Below are positions 35,356 through 45,857 of a DNA stretch of 64,000 nt, piece after piece. The position numbers and the translations under genes are program-made. Within the stretch, counting starts at the first letter, position 1. Every line of letters starts with the position of its first letter. This DNA comes from a virus. Location: IMG/VR virus record IMGVR_UViG_3300027708_000025, positions 32,001-96,000 of that record; one strand, written 5' to 3'. The notes beneath the pieces were generated by a model that saw only the letters and a program-made list of their open reading frames with translations, did no database searches and was not told the DNA's origin.

Positions 35356-36378
35356 TCATCTCATCTTCCATATGTTGAATTCAAGTAGTGCTTTAGGACC
35401 ACGAAAGGTAAATTTATTTATTGTATCCAAGATTTCATTCTGCGCTTTTCCGGCTAGTATCATATCATTTATATCTTTTTCTTGATATGATTTAGGCCAG
35501 ATTGCTACATTTGCACCTGCACTAATTGCGTCACCTATCTCTCTTACGATTTCTTTATTACGTGGTTCATTATCATAGATCAATACCAACTTATCTTTCG
35601 GTAAGTGATTGAGTGCATACTTCAGATTTGAATTTCCAACTGCAACTGCATTGGGTAAGAATAGACTGTCAATTGGTCCTTCAGTCACAAAAATAGTCTG
35701 TGTTATATCTATCCCGTTCATGTTGAAAATCATAGGCGAATCATCTTTTATTTTCATCACGATGTATCGCAACTTCTCACCACGAATACCACGTGCCGTT
35801 AGTCCAACCAATTCATCATCGCTATCATAGAACGGCAATACAATTCTAGGCTCGTCAGTTACAATCTTCTCTTCATACTCTGGCGAGAAAACTTTTAACT
35901 TTTGAACATTGTCAACATAGTATAACGACTTTAATCTATCCTCAGGAATCTTTCGTAAACGTGCATATACAATCGCTTCATGCGTATCGCTGAGTTTAGA
36001 TAGGGGAGTTAGAACACCTTTTAGATTGTCCGTTTTGTTGCTACCGAATACAACAGGCTTAAAAACGAATCCGTGTTCTTTGTGTGCTTTACGACCAGTC
36101 TCACCTTCTTTGTATCGCTCTAAGCAATACTCTTTGTAGAGATTGGGATCAACTGCTTTGATTAGACTGCCAAGCGAAATGCTGACAGCACAATTGTGGC
36201 ACTTGTAGAATAGCCCACCTTTTTGTGCAAAGATGTATCCACGTGCCTTGTTTCTATTTGTTTGGGAATCACCACAGATAGGGCATCTGAAGTTATAGGT
36301 GTAGTCGCCTTTGCGAACAAATTTGTCCAAGCGAACTGAAAGTGTACCAATATACTTTTGGTCTATCCAAATACTCAT
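35356..36378 (-). CDS. gp61: DNA primase (T4 gp61)
   Basis: CPICGDS...CHNC, EGPIDS, DNEPRN, KDIND. Confidence 0.95.
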   Translation of the reverse strand: MSIWIDQKYIGTLSVRLDKFVRKGDYTYNFRCPICGDSQTNRNKARGYIFAQKGGLFYKCHNCAVSISLGSLIKAVDPNLYKEYCLERYKEGETGRKAHKEHGFVFKPVVFGSNKTDNLKGVLTPLSKLSDTHEAIVYARLRKIPEDRLKSLYYVDNVQKLKVFSPEYEEKIVTDEPRIVLPFYDSDDELVGLTARGIRGEKLRYIVMKIKDDSPMIFNMNGIDITQTIFVTEGPIDSLFLPNAVAVGNSNLKYALNHLPKDKLVLIYDNEPRNKEIVREIGDAISAGANVAIWPKSYQEKDINDMILAGKAQNEILDTINKFTFRGPKALLEFNIWKMR

Positions 36379-36445
36379 AAATGTTTCTCATAATATACAA
36401 TGTCAATTGAATGTCTATTATATCAGACATTCAGACGGAAGTCAA

Positions 36446-36877
36446 TTAGTTAAATATTTTTGATAGTGCGGTTAAGTTTACGTTAGAGATTACCCAAGCA
36501 AGAACAACCATACCACCAGCTACCATCCATTTCCATTGAAGAATTTTTTGCAAATCATTTTCTTCTTTTTTATTATGTTCTTGAATTTCTTCACGGAGTG
36601 CTTTAATCTCATCCATAATTCTACGTTCCGTCAATTCAACTTTATCCGATACCTCACGACTAATTGTAGTAATTCTGGAATGTAATTCCTTGATATCTGT
36701 ATTGGTATCGTTTTTTCTTTTTTCCATATCGTTATAGATTTGATTAACCATGCGGTCGTGGTTGTCCACCAGCTTCTCAATAACTGAGTCCATTTTACCA
36801 CAAAGCTGTGTGATAGTCAATACTTGATTCTTTAAGACTTCCACATCAACTTTTAATTCTACCGTAGCATCACTCAT
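36446..36877 (-). CDS. coiled-coil protein with C-terminal TM
   Basis: Start corrected to MSDATV. Confidence 0.65.
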   Translation of the reverse strand: MSDATVELKVDVEVLKNQVLTITQLCGKMDSVIEKLVDNHDRMVNQIYNDMEKRKNDTNTDIKELHSRITTISREVSDKVELTERRIMDEIKALREEIQEHNKKEENDLQKILQWKWMVAGGMVVLAWVISNVNLTALSKIFN

Positions 36878-37143
36878 TTGTTTAACTTCTCGAAAATTAT
36901 TTTTTGGGTCTCGTACCATTCCGTCCAAGCATCGTGTTTAACTGCACATTCGTAATACGTTGTATAGTTTTCGGTTATTGTTTTGGCTATGTCAGATAAC
37001 TTAGCCTCTTCGCTTAGAGTTTTTAACTGAGGGCATCTGATTTTTATTCTATCTGGTGCATCAGGAAACTTGACTGTCACTGGAACGACAGTTGAACAGC
37101 CTGCTATTAATATAAGCAATAAAGGTGCAAGGTATTTAATCAT
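36874..37143 (-). CDS. o-spanin-like lipoprotein
   Basis: Lipobox IAGC; Pro-rich; follows i-spanin-like gene. Confidence 0.7.
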   Translation of the reverse strand: MIKYLAPLLLILIAGCSTVVPVTVKFPDAPDRIKIRCPQLKTLSEEAKLSDIAKTITENYTTYYECAVKHDAWTEWYETQKIIFEKLNK

Positions 37144-37586
37144 CTTGAATCCTTAGCCGAATCATTATGTGCTATGAAAAATTCTTTAGGTATCTCACAT
37201 ATACCACCTGGCGCAAATTTAATGTCATACTTGACAACTTCTCTGTCAACATATTTTATGACTTCGTTGCCTTGCACTCTAACAATTTCAAGTTTCTTGA
37301 CAACTTTTTCTACTATCTTTATATTTTCTTTAGCAGACTGTACTTGAACTTCTGCTACTTTTGCTTCAACATCTTTTACTTTAGCAAGCCATGACTCTTC
37401 ATTTGATATTGCTCCAGCCATGTATGTGCCAACAACAATAGCAATAATAGATATTACTTGAATAGGAATTTTATATGCAGAAAGAAAAGGAATGAATCCT
37501 AGTACGTATGTTGCAATAACTCCTAATATTCCTGCAAAGAAAATTGCATAGAATATCCAATTGGGAAGCCATTCCAAAATCCACAT
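37140..37586 (-). CDS. i-spanin-like protein
   Basis: N-terminal TMs, coiled coil, C-terminal Cys. Confidence 0.65.
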   Translation of the reverse strand: MWILEWLPNWIFYAIFFAGILGVIATYVLGFIPFLSAYKIPIQVISIIAIVVGTYMAGAISNEESWLAKVKDVEAKVAEVQVQSAKENIKIVEKVVKKLEIVRVQGNEVIKYVDREVVKYDIKFAPGGICEIPKEFFIAHNDSAKDSR

Positions 37587-37591
37587 AACAA

Positions 37592-37711
37592 TTACTCTTT
37601 ACTTGCAAATGCTGAACGCACTTTAGCTTCTATTGTTTTCGCCCATGAAGGTTGCGGAAAGTGCCAACCAACAAATGCACCGATTAAAATCCAAAAAATT
37701 GTTTCTAACAT
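37592..37711 (-). CDS. small membrane protein (MLETIFWILIGAFVGW..., 39 aa)
   Basis: Hand-translated; SD AGGA. Confidence 0.6.
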   Translation of the reverse strand: MLETIFWILIGAFVGWHFPQPSWAKTIEAKVRSAFASKE

Positions 37712-37720
37712 ATTGTTTCC

Positions 37721-38761
37721 TTATACTGTGAATTTCTGATTATGCGTCATAAAGTTTTTCTTACGCATAACTGTCTTTGCTACTAAATCTAACTCTTCCG
37801 CATCTCTATCCCACTTCAATACAAATGGCAAATTGATTTGCGTCTTCATGTCATTCAATACTGCTTCAGCATCAGGTCCCAATGCGGGAATCTTTTTACC
37901 ATACTTTTGAATCGTCTTTTTAAATAACAACTGCAATTCATCTACTGTGATAGGTTTACCATTGCGTGAATCGTTAACTCTATCTAAAAAATGTTTAGTG
38001 AATGCAACATCAACATTTAACACTTTGAACAATTGATCTAGGTATTTTTCTAATTCATTTAATTGCGCCTGAGAAACTTCTTCAATTAATTGCTCTTTTT
38101 CAAATTGTTCTGTAAACATTCCACTACGCCCATGTCGTAAGAAAATCATTGAGCCAGTCTTTTCATCTTGTAGAATGATTGGCTTCTTAGGATACTTTCT
38201 GCCGTAGGTTCGTATTGCATTTCCAACTTCATCACTACCAACATACTTTTCATACTTAAGATATTTCTTTTTACCTGTACGTGCTTTGTTAAAACGCTCT
38301 GTGTCAACAACAAATACATCATTCTTTGCGAATCTACGTAAGAATGTTCTGCTTGCTGGAGGATTACCATCTAAGCCTGCAATGCCACTAGTTCCATTTG
38401 CAACATCTTCTTCTACGCCTTCAGACAAATATGTCTTGCCATTGTAATAGTCTAAGAATTGTTCTTCTAACGTTTCTTCTTTAATGTTCTTTTCTTCTTT
38501 GAGAAGGAACAATGCGGCCGCATAGGACGCAAGTTTGGTTTTACCAAATGGCAATTTTTCCAAAACTTTTTTAAGTTTTAGAATCAATAAGTCAAACTTA
38601 GTGAATGAATCATCTTGTGCTATTGTTCTTTTATCTGAAGGTACGACAATGTTTCCTTCGTCATCAATAACACCAGTTTTGTATGCTTCCCACTCTCCGA
38701 ACGGAGTAGTAAACAATCTTAAAATTCTATACACTAAGTATAAGTCTACTAAATTTGCCAC
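37721..38761 (-). CDS. conserved T4-like modular protein (probably virion-associated)
   Basis: PF..W.AYK.GVID..GN; internal xxE junctions. Confidence 0.65.
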   Translation of the reverse strand: MANLVDLYLVYRILRLFTTPFGEWEAYKTGVIDDEGNIVVPSDKRTIAQDDSFTKFDLLILKLKKVLEKLPFGKTKLASYAAALFLLKEEKNIKEETLEEQFLDYYNGKTYLSEGVEEDVANGTSGIAGLDGNPPASRTFLRRFAKNDVFVVDTERFNKARTGKKKYLKYEKYVGSDEVGNAIRTYGRKYPKKPIILQDEKTGSMIFLRHGRSGMFTEQFEKEQLIEEVSQAQLNELEKYLDQLFKVLNVDVAFTKHFLDRVNDSRNGKPITVDELQLLFKKTIQKYGKKIPALGPDAEAVLNDMKTQINLPFVLKWDRDAEELDLVAKTVMRKKNFMTHNQKFTV

Positions 38762-39118
38762 TTATATACTCTTCTTTAATTTGTTGTACAATGCTAAATC
38801 TAAAACTCTTACGTCTTCTAATTTAACATACTCAAGATAAACTAAAAATGCATTCAATACATCATGGTTTTTTATATCTATCTTGAACCGTAACATATTG
38901 ACAGCCGCTTCAGCACCAAACACATTTGAAAGAGAAATTATGTGATTCAAAATCAATCTCTCTTTCAACTCACTCTTATCTACATATTTGTTTATAAGTC
39001 TTTTGATATACTTGATAATTTTCAGATCATCTAAAAACTCTAAAACTGATATGCAATTAGGATTAAAGTAGTTGCTTACTGCGTACTCATCAAAGTTATC
39101 ATCATTTAATGTAGACAT
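38762..39118 (-). CDS. conserved T4-like hypothetical protein
   Basis: Y.NP.C....EF.DDL...ERLILNHII.L.NVFG. Confidence 0.75.
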   Translation of the reverse strand: MSTLNDDNFDEYAVSNYFNPNCISVLEFLDDLKIIKYIKRLINKYVDKSELKERLILNHIISLSNVFGAEAAVNMLRFKIDIKNHDVLNAFLVYLEYVKLEDVRVLDLALYNKLKKSI

Positions 39119-39654
39119 TAGAACGTGCTTAGTGCCACTCGCTTAATATGTGTCGTATTTGCCGCAATGTAAAGATAATTTGCATCCCAAGCAATTGTAC
39201 CTACTCCCCAACCAACTGCTGTATTGTTTGAACTTGCTGGTGTTCTAGCGGTACGCAAACGGACTGCATCAGAATTAATGTCGAATACTTCTGTTGGTGC
39301 ATTTGTTAAGAGACCAATTTTATCTGTAGTAGCATTAACATAAAACATGTTTGCCTGATTGTCAGATGAAATTCGTGTATCGGATGCAGAACCACTACTA
39401 TTGATAGTGATACCAGTATTGACTGTAAGTCCGTTTACTGAATTGATTGCAAATGTATTAGCTGAGAGTGTGCTTGTGCCTGATGCGCTAATGCTAATTG
39501 CGTTGACGCTGACTGTTGAAGTTGCGCCAAAGAAATTGTCTACAGTAATTTTTTTGCTTACTGGTGAACCCAATGGATCATCAATAACTAATAATAAATC
39601 TTCTTTTGTTGCTACAGTTAATGCTGTTAACTGCGTTACTTTTTTATCTGCCAT
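39118..39654 (-). CDS. virion structural protein
   Basis: [10 protein letters not shown]; G.IAWD.NYLYI. Confidence 0.65.
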   Translation of the reverse strand: MADKKVTQLTALTVATKEDLLLVIDDPLGSPVSKKITVDNFFGATSTVSVNAISISASGTSTLSANTFAINSVNGLTVNTGITINSSGSASDTRISSDNQANMFYVNATTDKIGLLTNAPTEVFDINSDAVRLRTARTPASSNNTAVGWGVGTIAWDANYLYIAANTTHIKRVALSTF

Positions 39655-39712
39655 TTTTCTTCCTTAATGTAAACCCAATTGAATGGGAATGCTACTTCCG
39701 GGACTCGGACCA

Positions 39713-39742
39713 AAAGGGGCAATGGTTTTACCCATCACCCCA
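39713..39742 (-). terminator. intrinsic terminator
   Basis: GGGGTGATGG-GTAAAA-CCATTGCCCC-TTTT. Confidence 0.65.
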
Positions 39743-39749
39743 TATAAGA

Positions 39750-40550
39750 TTAAACTGTTGTCAATGTTGCGTTTGCAGACACGACATTCGCTGAAATTCC
39801 AGTAGAAGACATTGTGACACGGTAGAGTGAATTTGAAAGTCCACCACCACCAGCCGCAATTGTATTGTTTGCAATCGTCAATGTTGTATTTGTTGTATTG
39901 CTGTATGTACCAGCGTTTGTCAAGTCCACGAATGCCGCATTTGAATTTGCGGCACGTTGCCAACGATAGTTGATCGTATTGCCAACTGGACGAATGCTTG
40001 CAACAATTGTGAATGTAGCGGCTGAGTTATTAGCGGCGCTATTAGCACTTGGTTGTGTGGTGATTGTGATAAAGCTATCACCGAATATTGCATCTTCTGC
40101 GTCACCAGTAATGGATCCCATTGAAACTAGAGTTTCAGTTTTTCTACGGCTGTTACCATGCATGTCAGTATACGTGTTTGTAAACTTCCAACCTGGTATT
40201 TCGTTGTAAGCTGTTGCTTCGTTTGTGTCAACACCAAATGTGTATGCGGTATTTGAAACTTGTGAACTTTGAACAGTTGCGCTGTTAGCGGCTAACCACT
40301 TTGGTGTGTCTTGTCCAGTAACTGTGCCTGCAACGTTAGCCGCAGTCCATGCTGGTTCAAAAGTCAATACTGTATTGCTTGTGATTCCAACAATTTTGCG
40401 TCTTGTTCCAGCAAGAACAAATGTGTCACCAACATCTAGTTCTGTTGTAAACACGGTTGATGTGCCTGTTAATATTGTAGTGTTAACAGTACTGTTTGCA
40501 AATGCAGTTCCTGTTACTGCGAATGTATCTCTGCTTCCCCATAGTGCCAT
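39750..40550 (-). CDS. Ig-domain head decoration (Hoc-like) protein
   Basis: MALWG; ITITTQP...Y.WQ...YRV...S..ATLT Ig-like motif. Confidence 0.7.
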   Translation of the reverse strand: MALWGSRDTFAVTGTAFANSTVNTTILTGTSTVFTTELDVGDTFVLAGTRRKIVGITSNTVLTFEPAWTAANVAGTVTGQDTPKWLAANSATVQSSQVSNTAYTFGVDTNEATAYNEIPGWKFTNTYTDMHGNSRRKTETLVSMGSITGDAEDAIFGDSFITITTQPSANSAANNSAATFTIVASIRPVGNTINYRWQRAANSNAAFVDLTNAGTYSNTTNTTLTIANNTIAAGGGGLSNSLYRVTMSSTGISANVVSANATLTTV

Positions 40551-40565
40551 GGTGTTCTCCTTTAA

Positions 40566-41060
40566 TTAATATCCGATTTTTCGTAATTGTGAAATAGTGT
40601 TAATACTATTTATATGTCTTATTCCTATTCCGCCCTTCGCAACCCACTCTTTTATGTTTTTTTCATAGTCATCTATTAAAAGATTAGGGGTTCCATCGCT
40701 AGTTACAGCGAATTTTTGTTTTTCTTCTCTTGGAACAAGATAAACATGCTCTACATTACCTAAATGTTTTCTAATCCATTCAAGTTTTTCTGGTTTACAA
40801 GTAGCCATACGCTTAGAAGGCGTAGACAATATGTAAGGCTGATGAGGCTTGATGTATCTCCATAACATCATAGCGTCAGACATAGGCTCTAAGTTAGCCC
40901 AAAACTTTGGTACTGAACGTAGTGCTTCCCATTTGACATCTTTTTCTCCTTGCTGAAAAGGCTGTAGACCTTTTGCCATTAATACTTTATTTGCGCCGCC
41001 CATAAAGTTGACTAGCACTTGGTCCATGTCACAATAAATTTGTGGCAATTCGTTATTCAT
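40566..41060 (-). CDS. HAD 5'(3')-deoxyribonucleotidase (NT5C-like)
   Basis: IYCDMDQVL, K..W, LIDD...N..EW. Confidence 0.85.
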   Translation of the reverse strand: MNNELPQIYCDMDQVLVNFMGGANKVLMAKGLQPFQQGEKDVKWEALRSVPKFWANLEPMSDAMMLWRYIKPHQPYILSTPSKRMATCKPEKLEWIRKHLGNVEHVYLVPREEKQKFAVTSDGTPNLLIDDYEKNIKEWVAKGGIGIRHINSINTISQLRKIGY

Positions 41061-41061
41061 T

Positions 41062-42909
41062 TTATTTTGCCGTATCTTTCAATTCAGGATTGATTTCAAT
41101 TGGTTCTCTTTTACCTGTCAATTGATCGCCTTTTTGAACTGTAGCCTTGTTAGGTGCTTCTTCATTCTTTGTTTTTTTTCTCATGTCTTTCCATGACTTC
41201 TTTTTAGCTTCAGTTACAATTTCAGTTTGTTCTTTGTTTAGAAGATTGTGATAGCGAACTGCTTTCTTCAAGTCTTTGCTTGCGTTTGCATTCTTTGGAT
41301 CACCTGCTTTGTCAAAATGATCGTCTGCTTTTTGTTGTGCTTCATTACCACGTTTGAGTTTATTAAGTTTGTCTTTAATAGTGGCTATGATGCTTTCAGA
41401 CATTTTTGGTTTCTTACCAGCCTTCTTCATTGCGATAGCGATAGCCGCTTGCTGTGCTGGTGATGCCGCTTCTTTAGCCAAACGCTTTTCTGCTCTGTCT
41501 TGTCCAATGCTTCTCATTGAAAATTTGTGTCCCGCTTTATTTGCAGACTTTGGATCGTTGTCTCTAATTCCTTTACCAATCTTGTTGAACTGATCGCCCT
41601 GATCTTTTTCAGATTTCTTAGCATAAGAGTGCAATGTGTCTTTGTTCAATTCGTCTAACTGAATCTCTTCGATGTACATGTTCAACTCATACTTGTGATT
41701 GTCCATATTGTACACTTGAAGGTGTAATTTCTTTTTAGATTCTTTGCCATCTTTCATTAGATTGACAGAGAATGAATTTGTTTTACCAGCAGATGGTTTC
41801 TTAGGACCAGTAGCAACTTTATCGTGCCAATCGTCCATGTCTACTTCAAAGCCACGCTTCTCTGCTTGTTTGATTGCTGTCTGTACTGCTGTGGAATAAT
41901 CTTTATGATAAACTTCGTAGTCAGATTTTGCTTCATCCATACGCCCATTAGATGCAAGTCTTTCTTTACGTCTTTGTGCGGCAAAGTCAGCACCTTGTGG
42001 TTTCTTTTTATTGCGAATTGCGGCTAAGTCAAAGCCATCAATCTTGCCGTTCTTGTTCTTGTCAAGTGCTTTTTGTTTTGGTGATAATTCTTCACCACGC
42101 AACTTTGCTAAATCAGAACCATCAATCTTGCCGTTCTTATTTTTATCTAATGCTTTTTGTTTTGGTGACAACTCTTCATTCTTTCGTTTTGCATAGTATG
42201 CGGCAAGAGCCATTTTCTTTCTCATCTCTTTAGACTTACCAGCAAACTTAGGATTATCAGAGTGTACAAAATCGTGAATAAAATCACCGGCGGTTGCATC
42301 TTTAGCAAGAACTTCAGCCAATTCAATATCTAATTCTTCATTTGTTTTCTTAGCATCATTGTCAAATTGCTTTCTAGTTGCTTTGATAATGCCAGAGAAA
42401 CGCTTGTTACCTTTTTTGATATCGCCTGCTTTGTCTGCGGCTGATGCATCAGCGCCAGCTTTCTTTTTGTAGTCTGCTAGTTTGTCGGTTGACAACTCAT
42501 CAATTTGCACTTCTTCTTTTTTCATGCTCTTTCTCATAACACGATTCTGTGCAAGTTTAGATACAAATTTTACATTTGCATCAGCAAGAGATTTTAAAGA
42601 TTTTAAATCTAATTTATCAAGCATAGCAATTAATTTCTTGTATGTGTCGCTATCCGGATCGATTGTATTAATCTTAGAGTACTCTGCTTTCAAAGCGGCA
42701 ATTTGAGATGCGCTAAATGATTCTGTCATTGTTTCTTCCTTCTGTAAAGATTTTTTTTGTGCTGAAAGTGCTTGACGTTCTTTATCTTGTTTCATACGTA
42801 ACTGAATCATTTTCAATGATAATTGGGCACGTTTTTCAGCAGTTTTATCTGCAATCGCTGTACCTGATCCAACTTTTGCTTCTTCTATATTTTTCATGCG
42901 TATCTCCAC
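41062..42909 (-). CDS. modular Lys-rich internal/head protein
   Basis: Many xxE junctions; EF-hand-like duplication. Confidence 0.6.
   Translation of the reverse strand: MEIRMKNIEEAKVGSGTAIADKTAEKRAQLSLKMIQLRMKQDKERQALSAQKKSLQKEETMTESFSASQIAALKAEYSKINTIDPDSDTYKKLIAMLDKLDLKSLKSLADANVKFVSKLAQNRVMRKSMKKEEVQIDELSTDKLADYKKKAGADASAADKAGDIKKGNKRFSGIIKATRKQFDNDAKKTNEELDIELAEVLAKDATAGDFIHDFVHSDNPKFAGKSKEMRKKMALAAYYAKRKNEELSPKQKALDKNKNGKIDGSDLAKLRGEELSPKQKALDKNKNGKIDGFDLAAIRNKKKPQGADFAAQRRKERLASNGRMDEAKSDYEVYHKDYSTAVQTAIKQAEKRGFEVDMDDWHDKVATGPKKPSAGKTNSFSVNLMKDGKESKKKLHLQVYNMDNHKYELNMYIEEIQLDELNKDTLHSYAKKSEKDQGDQFNKIGKGIRDNDPKSANKAGHKFSMRSIGQDRAEKRLAKEAASPAQQAAIAIAMKKAGKKPKMSESIIATIKDKLNKLKRGNEAQQKADDHFDKAGDPKNANASKDLKKAVRYHNLLNKEQTEIVTEAKKKSWKDMRKKTKNEEAPNKATVQKGDQLTGKREPIEINPELKDTAK
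42020..42180 (-). repeat. 84-nt tandem duplication encoding EELSPKQKALDKNKNGKIDGxDLA twice
   Basis: Seen in DNA and protein. Confidence 0.85.
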
Positions 42910-42910
42910 T

Positions 42911-45793
42911 TTAATCTAATTCGCTTACGCTTTTGTCTGAACGCCACATTTGGCAAGACCAGTAGTTTGCTTTCCACTTTGGTCCAGGATTGTCGCAACC
43001 GTGTCTAGCACGATAACTTTTTAATCTTTCAGGATCGTCACGTTTGATTTCCATATTAGGATCACCAAAACGAACGACAACAACTTTACCATTTGGTCCC
43101 ATAGTGTATACACCAAACTTCTTTGGACCATCAGGTGTTCTGAATGGATCATTTAACTTAACAGATTTACCTTGATATTCTGCTTCATTGACAACTTGTT
43201 CCCAATCAACTTCTTCTCCAATTGAATCTTTTTCGCAATCACCGCAACAAGATTGATGATCTGCTGTTTGAATTTCTGTAGGTTGACCTGGAGTATCTGA
43301 GGCATATGCTTTACGCATCGCATCTGTACCCCATTCTAATGCTTCAGCAAATTTAGAAAACGCTTCATTCTTGTTAACCTTAGATGCTAGATCACTATCC
43401 GCACCACCCCATGTTCCTTTACCTTTTGTGATAAAAGAATTCACTCTAGCGAATGCCCATTGTTGTGATGTTGTTCCAGGACGATGGCCACCTTGCCATG
43501 CCGCCATGCCACGATTATATACTGCTTTTAGAATGCTATATGGTATACCAGATTTTTCTGCTTTCTTTTTCAATCCTTCGATTTCTTCTAAGATTGGTTT
43601 GAATTCTTCGTATGCATCACCAAACTCATCTGGTTGCATTTGACTTAGATGCATATCCATTTCTGCACCAGAAAACTCGCCATCATCTTCTTCACCATTA
43701 TCATCAATCTCAAAATTATCATCAAATTCTAGATAGTCACGAACTGTAGCAATGTAATCTTCTGCTTTAGTAATCTTAGATAAAACCCACTCATCAGGCT
43801 CTTCATCCATGTCATCTAACTGTTGGATTAAATCTTCTGCATCATCAATAATGTTAGACAATTGAATTTGTGCCATAGAGATTCCATCCATCTCTGCGGA
43901 ATCATCATATTCATCATCATATTCATTGTCTTCATTCATACCGACAAGTTTCATGCCAGTAACGTCTTGAATTAATTTCCAAGCGGCAGATTGATTTTTA
44001 TCTGCAATAAGTTTTTTAAGTTTTTCTTTTTCTTCTTTTGTTGCAACTTCAAAGAACTTCATCATTTCCATCATGCCAATGTTGCCTTTGTATGCGGCTT
44101 CATCAATAGACTCTTTTACAGTATTGAAATATGCTTCTGCTTCTCTTTTGCTTTTAAATGTCTTAGTCTGACTTGCAACAGAACCAGTTACTTTCCACTC
44201 AATGTGGTCTGTCGTTCTTCCAGCAGGCATTGAAATCTTTTCTATTTTTGGTGTTGTTTTTGTTGCAGGAATAATGTACTTTTTAAATCTATCGTCCACA
44301 GCCTCTTTTTGCAACTGTGTCTTTGTCATTCTAAACAATGCATCGCTTGAAGTTACCATATCAAGTAGCGTTGTCAACAAATCATTTGTGACATTGCGCT
44401 CTGAGGGACTTAACATGTCACCAGATTTTAATTTATCAACAGAACGTTTGATAACTGCAAGAGATTTAGTGTCTGCTAATCCCAAACGAACCAATTGGTC
44501 TAATCTAGAAACTTCTTTTCTTTGCTCTGGAGTTTTTACGCCTTCACCATACATCTGTTTGAATTTTTTTGTAAATTTAGATTGTGGTAAACCTTTTTCT
44601 CTAGCCTCTTTATCTCCAGGTGCATCTTTGTATGCGCTCTTATCTGAATCCGATTTCGGTCCATTTGTCGCAAAGTGTGATGCTCTAGCGTCTTTTGTAT
44701 CTTTGTCTAAACCAACATAATACTTCTTAGGTTGTGTTCCGTCTTTCTTTGCAACATCTTTGTCTTGTGGTAGAATTGGTTTTTCGATAATGAATTCTGC
44801 AAAGATATGATTGATATCTTCTTTGTTCATCATCATGGTTGCTTTACGTACAACTTCAGCGGATCTTGCTTTTGGAAATAAACGAACTGCAAGTTTTTTA
44901 ATAGCAGGTAAAGATTTTTGTAATCTCTTATCAACTGCAATTTTCTCTCCAGTACTTAAGTCTGCATAGTTTTTACCACCAGCAAGTCTTGATCTAAAGA
45001 ACTTGTATGCCATTTTAGTGGCACGACCTTTTAAATGTTTTGTATCTGCAAATCTTTTCATTTGCAATGCTCTAGCACGTTGAATGCGTTTTGACATTCT
45101 ACGTAACTGTTGCGCTCTCTGTCTACGTGCAGAGAAACTTAATACCGCTTCGTCTTGTTGTTCTATTTCTTCGTTCATGCCACCGCCTATGTATTTGTCT
45201 AAAAGTTTTTTCACCTTAGCTTTGTTTTTAGCTTTTGGATATAAATCATCAATGATTTTATCTCTACCTTCTGAGTCTGCGTCTGAATACATTTTTCTAA
45301 CTTGACTACCAGAGAATGCTTCTTTGCCATTAACTTTAAAGTCATGTTTCTTAGTCACAAAAATATATGCGTGTGTCTCAAATGATTCACACTTATCAAT
45401 GCTGACAAATGGTTGATAGTATGCTGGTGAACCATCTTTCTTTGTGTACTTCATGGGATCACGTTCAGAACGAATAAGAATGAGAACATCTTTCTTTTCG
45501 TCATACTTCTTCATAATCTCTTCTGGATTAATAGGCGAAACTGTTTGAACGAAATCGTCTGTAACTCCTGCTTGTTGTGCTAGGAATTCTTTGTCTTTGA
45601 ATGGGATTGGGCGGACTTTTGTGTCATTGCTAGATGCAACATAAAAGTCTGGAGTGTGGAATTTTTGTTTGGCTTGAGTGTAACTACTCAAATGACCGGC
45701 GTGAAATGGCTGAAAGCCACCACCGTATACGACAATTACTTTGCCCTTGGCTTTTGCTTCATCAAGCAATATTGATTCTTTAAACGATTTCAT
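42911..45793 (-). CDS. large modular protein with N-terminal HxGH nucleotidyltransferase ('cytidyltransferase')
   Basis: GGGFQPFHAGH, SGSQVR; N-terminus MKSFKE..LDE. Confidence 0.75.
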   Translation of the reverse strand: MKSFKESILLDEAKAKGKVIVVYGGGFQPFHAGHLSSYTQAKQKFHTPDFYVASSNDTKVRPIPFKDKEFLAQQAGVTDDFVQTVSPINPEEIMKKYDEKKDVLILIRSERDPMKYTKKDGSPAYYQPFVSIDKCESFETHAYIFVTKKHDFKVNGKEAFSGSQVRKMYSDADSEGRDKIIDDLYPKAKNKAKVKKLLDKYIGGGMNEEIEQQDEAVLSFSARRQRAQQLRRMSKRIQRARALQMKRFADTKHLKGRATKMAYKFFRSRLAGGKNYADLSTGEKIAVDKRLQKSLPAIKKLAVRLFPKARSAEVVRKATMMMNKEDINHIFAEFIIEKPILPQDKDVAKKDGTQPKKYYVGLDKDTKDARASHFATNGPKSDSDKSAYKDAPGDKEAREKGLPQSKFTKKFKQMYGEGVKTPEQRKEVSRLDQLVRLGLADTKSLAVIKRSVDKLKSGDMLSPSERNVTNDLLTTLLDMVTSSDALFRMTKTQLQKEAVDDRFKKYIIPATKTTPKIEKISMPAGRTTDHIEWKVTGSVASQTKTFKSKREAEAYFNTVKESIDEAAYKGNIGMMEMMKFFEVATKEEKEKLKKLIADKNQSAAWKLIQDVTGMKLVGMNEDNEYDDEYDDSAEMDGISMAQIQLSNIIDDAEDLIQQLDDMDEEPDEWVLSKITKAEDYIATVRDYLEFDDNFEIDDNGEEDDGEFSGAEMDMHLSQMQPDEFGDAYEEFKPILEEIEGLKKKAEKSGIPYSILKAVYNRGMAAWQGGHRPGTTSQQWAFARVNSFITKGKGTWGGADSDLASKVNKNEAFSKFAEALEWGTDAMRKAYASDTPGQPTEIQTADHQSCCGDCEKDSIGEEVDWEQVVNEAEYQGKSVKLNDPFRTPDGPKKFGVYTMGPNGKVVVVRFGDPNMEIKRDDPERLKSYRARHGCDNPGPKWKANYWSCQMWRSDKSVSELD

Positions 45794-45857
45794 GTGTAAT
45801 AGAGTTTTCCGTAGACTTATCTGTACAGGTTTGCCTTAGCCTAACTGCGTTATAGTT

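Noticed and set aside
39664-39963. Alternative-frame 99-aa ORF
   Set aside because: It overlaps the Ig-domain gene out of frame and crosses a terminator.
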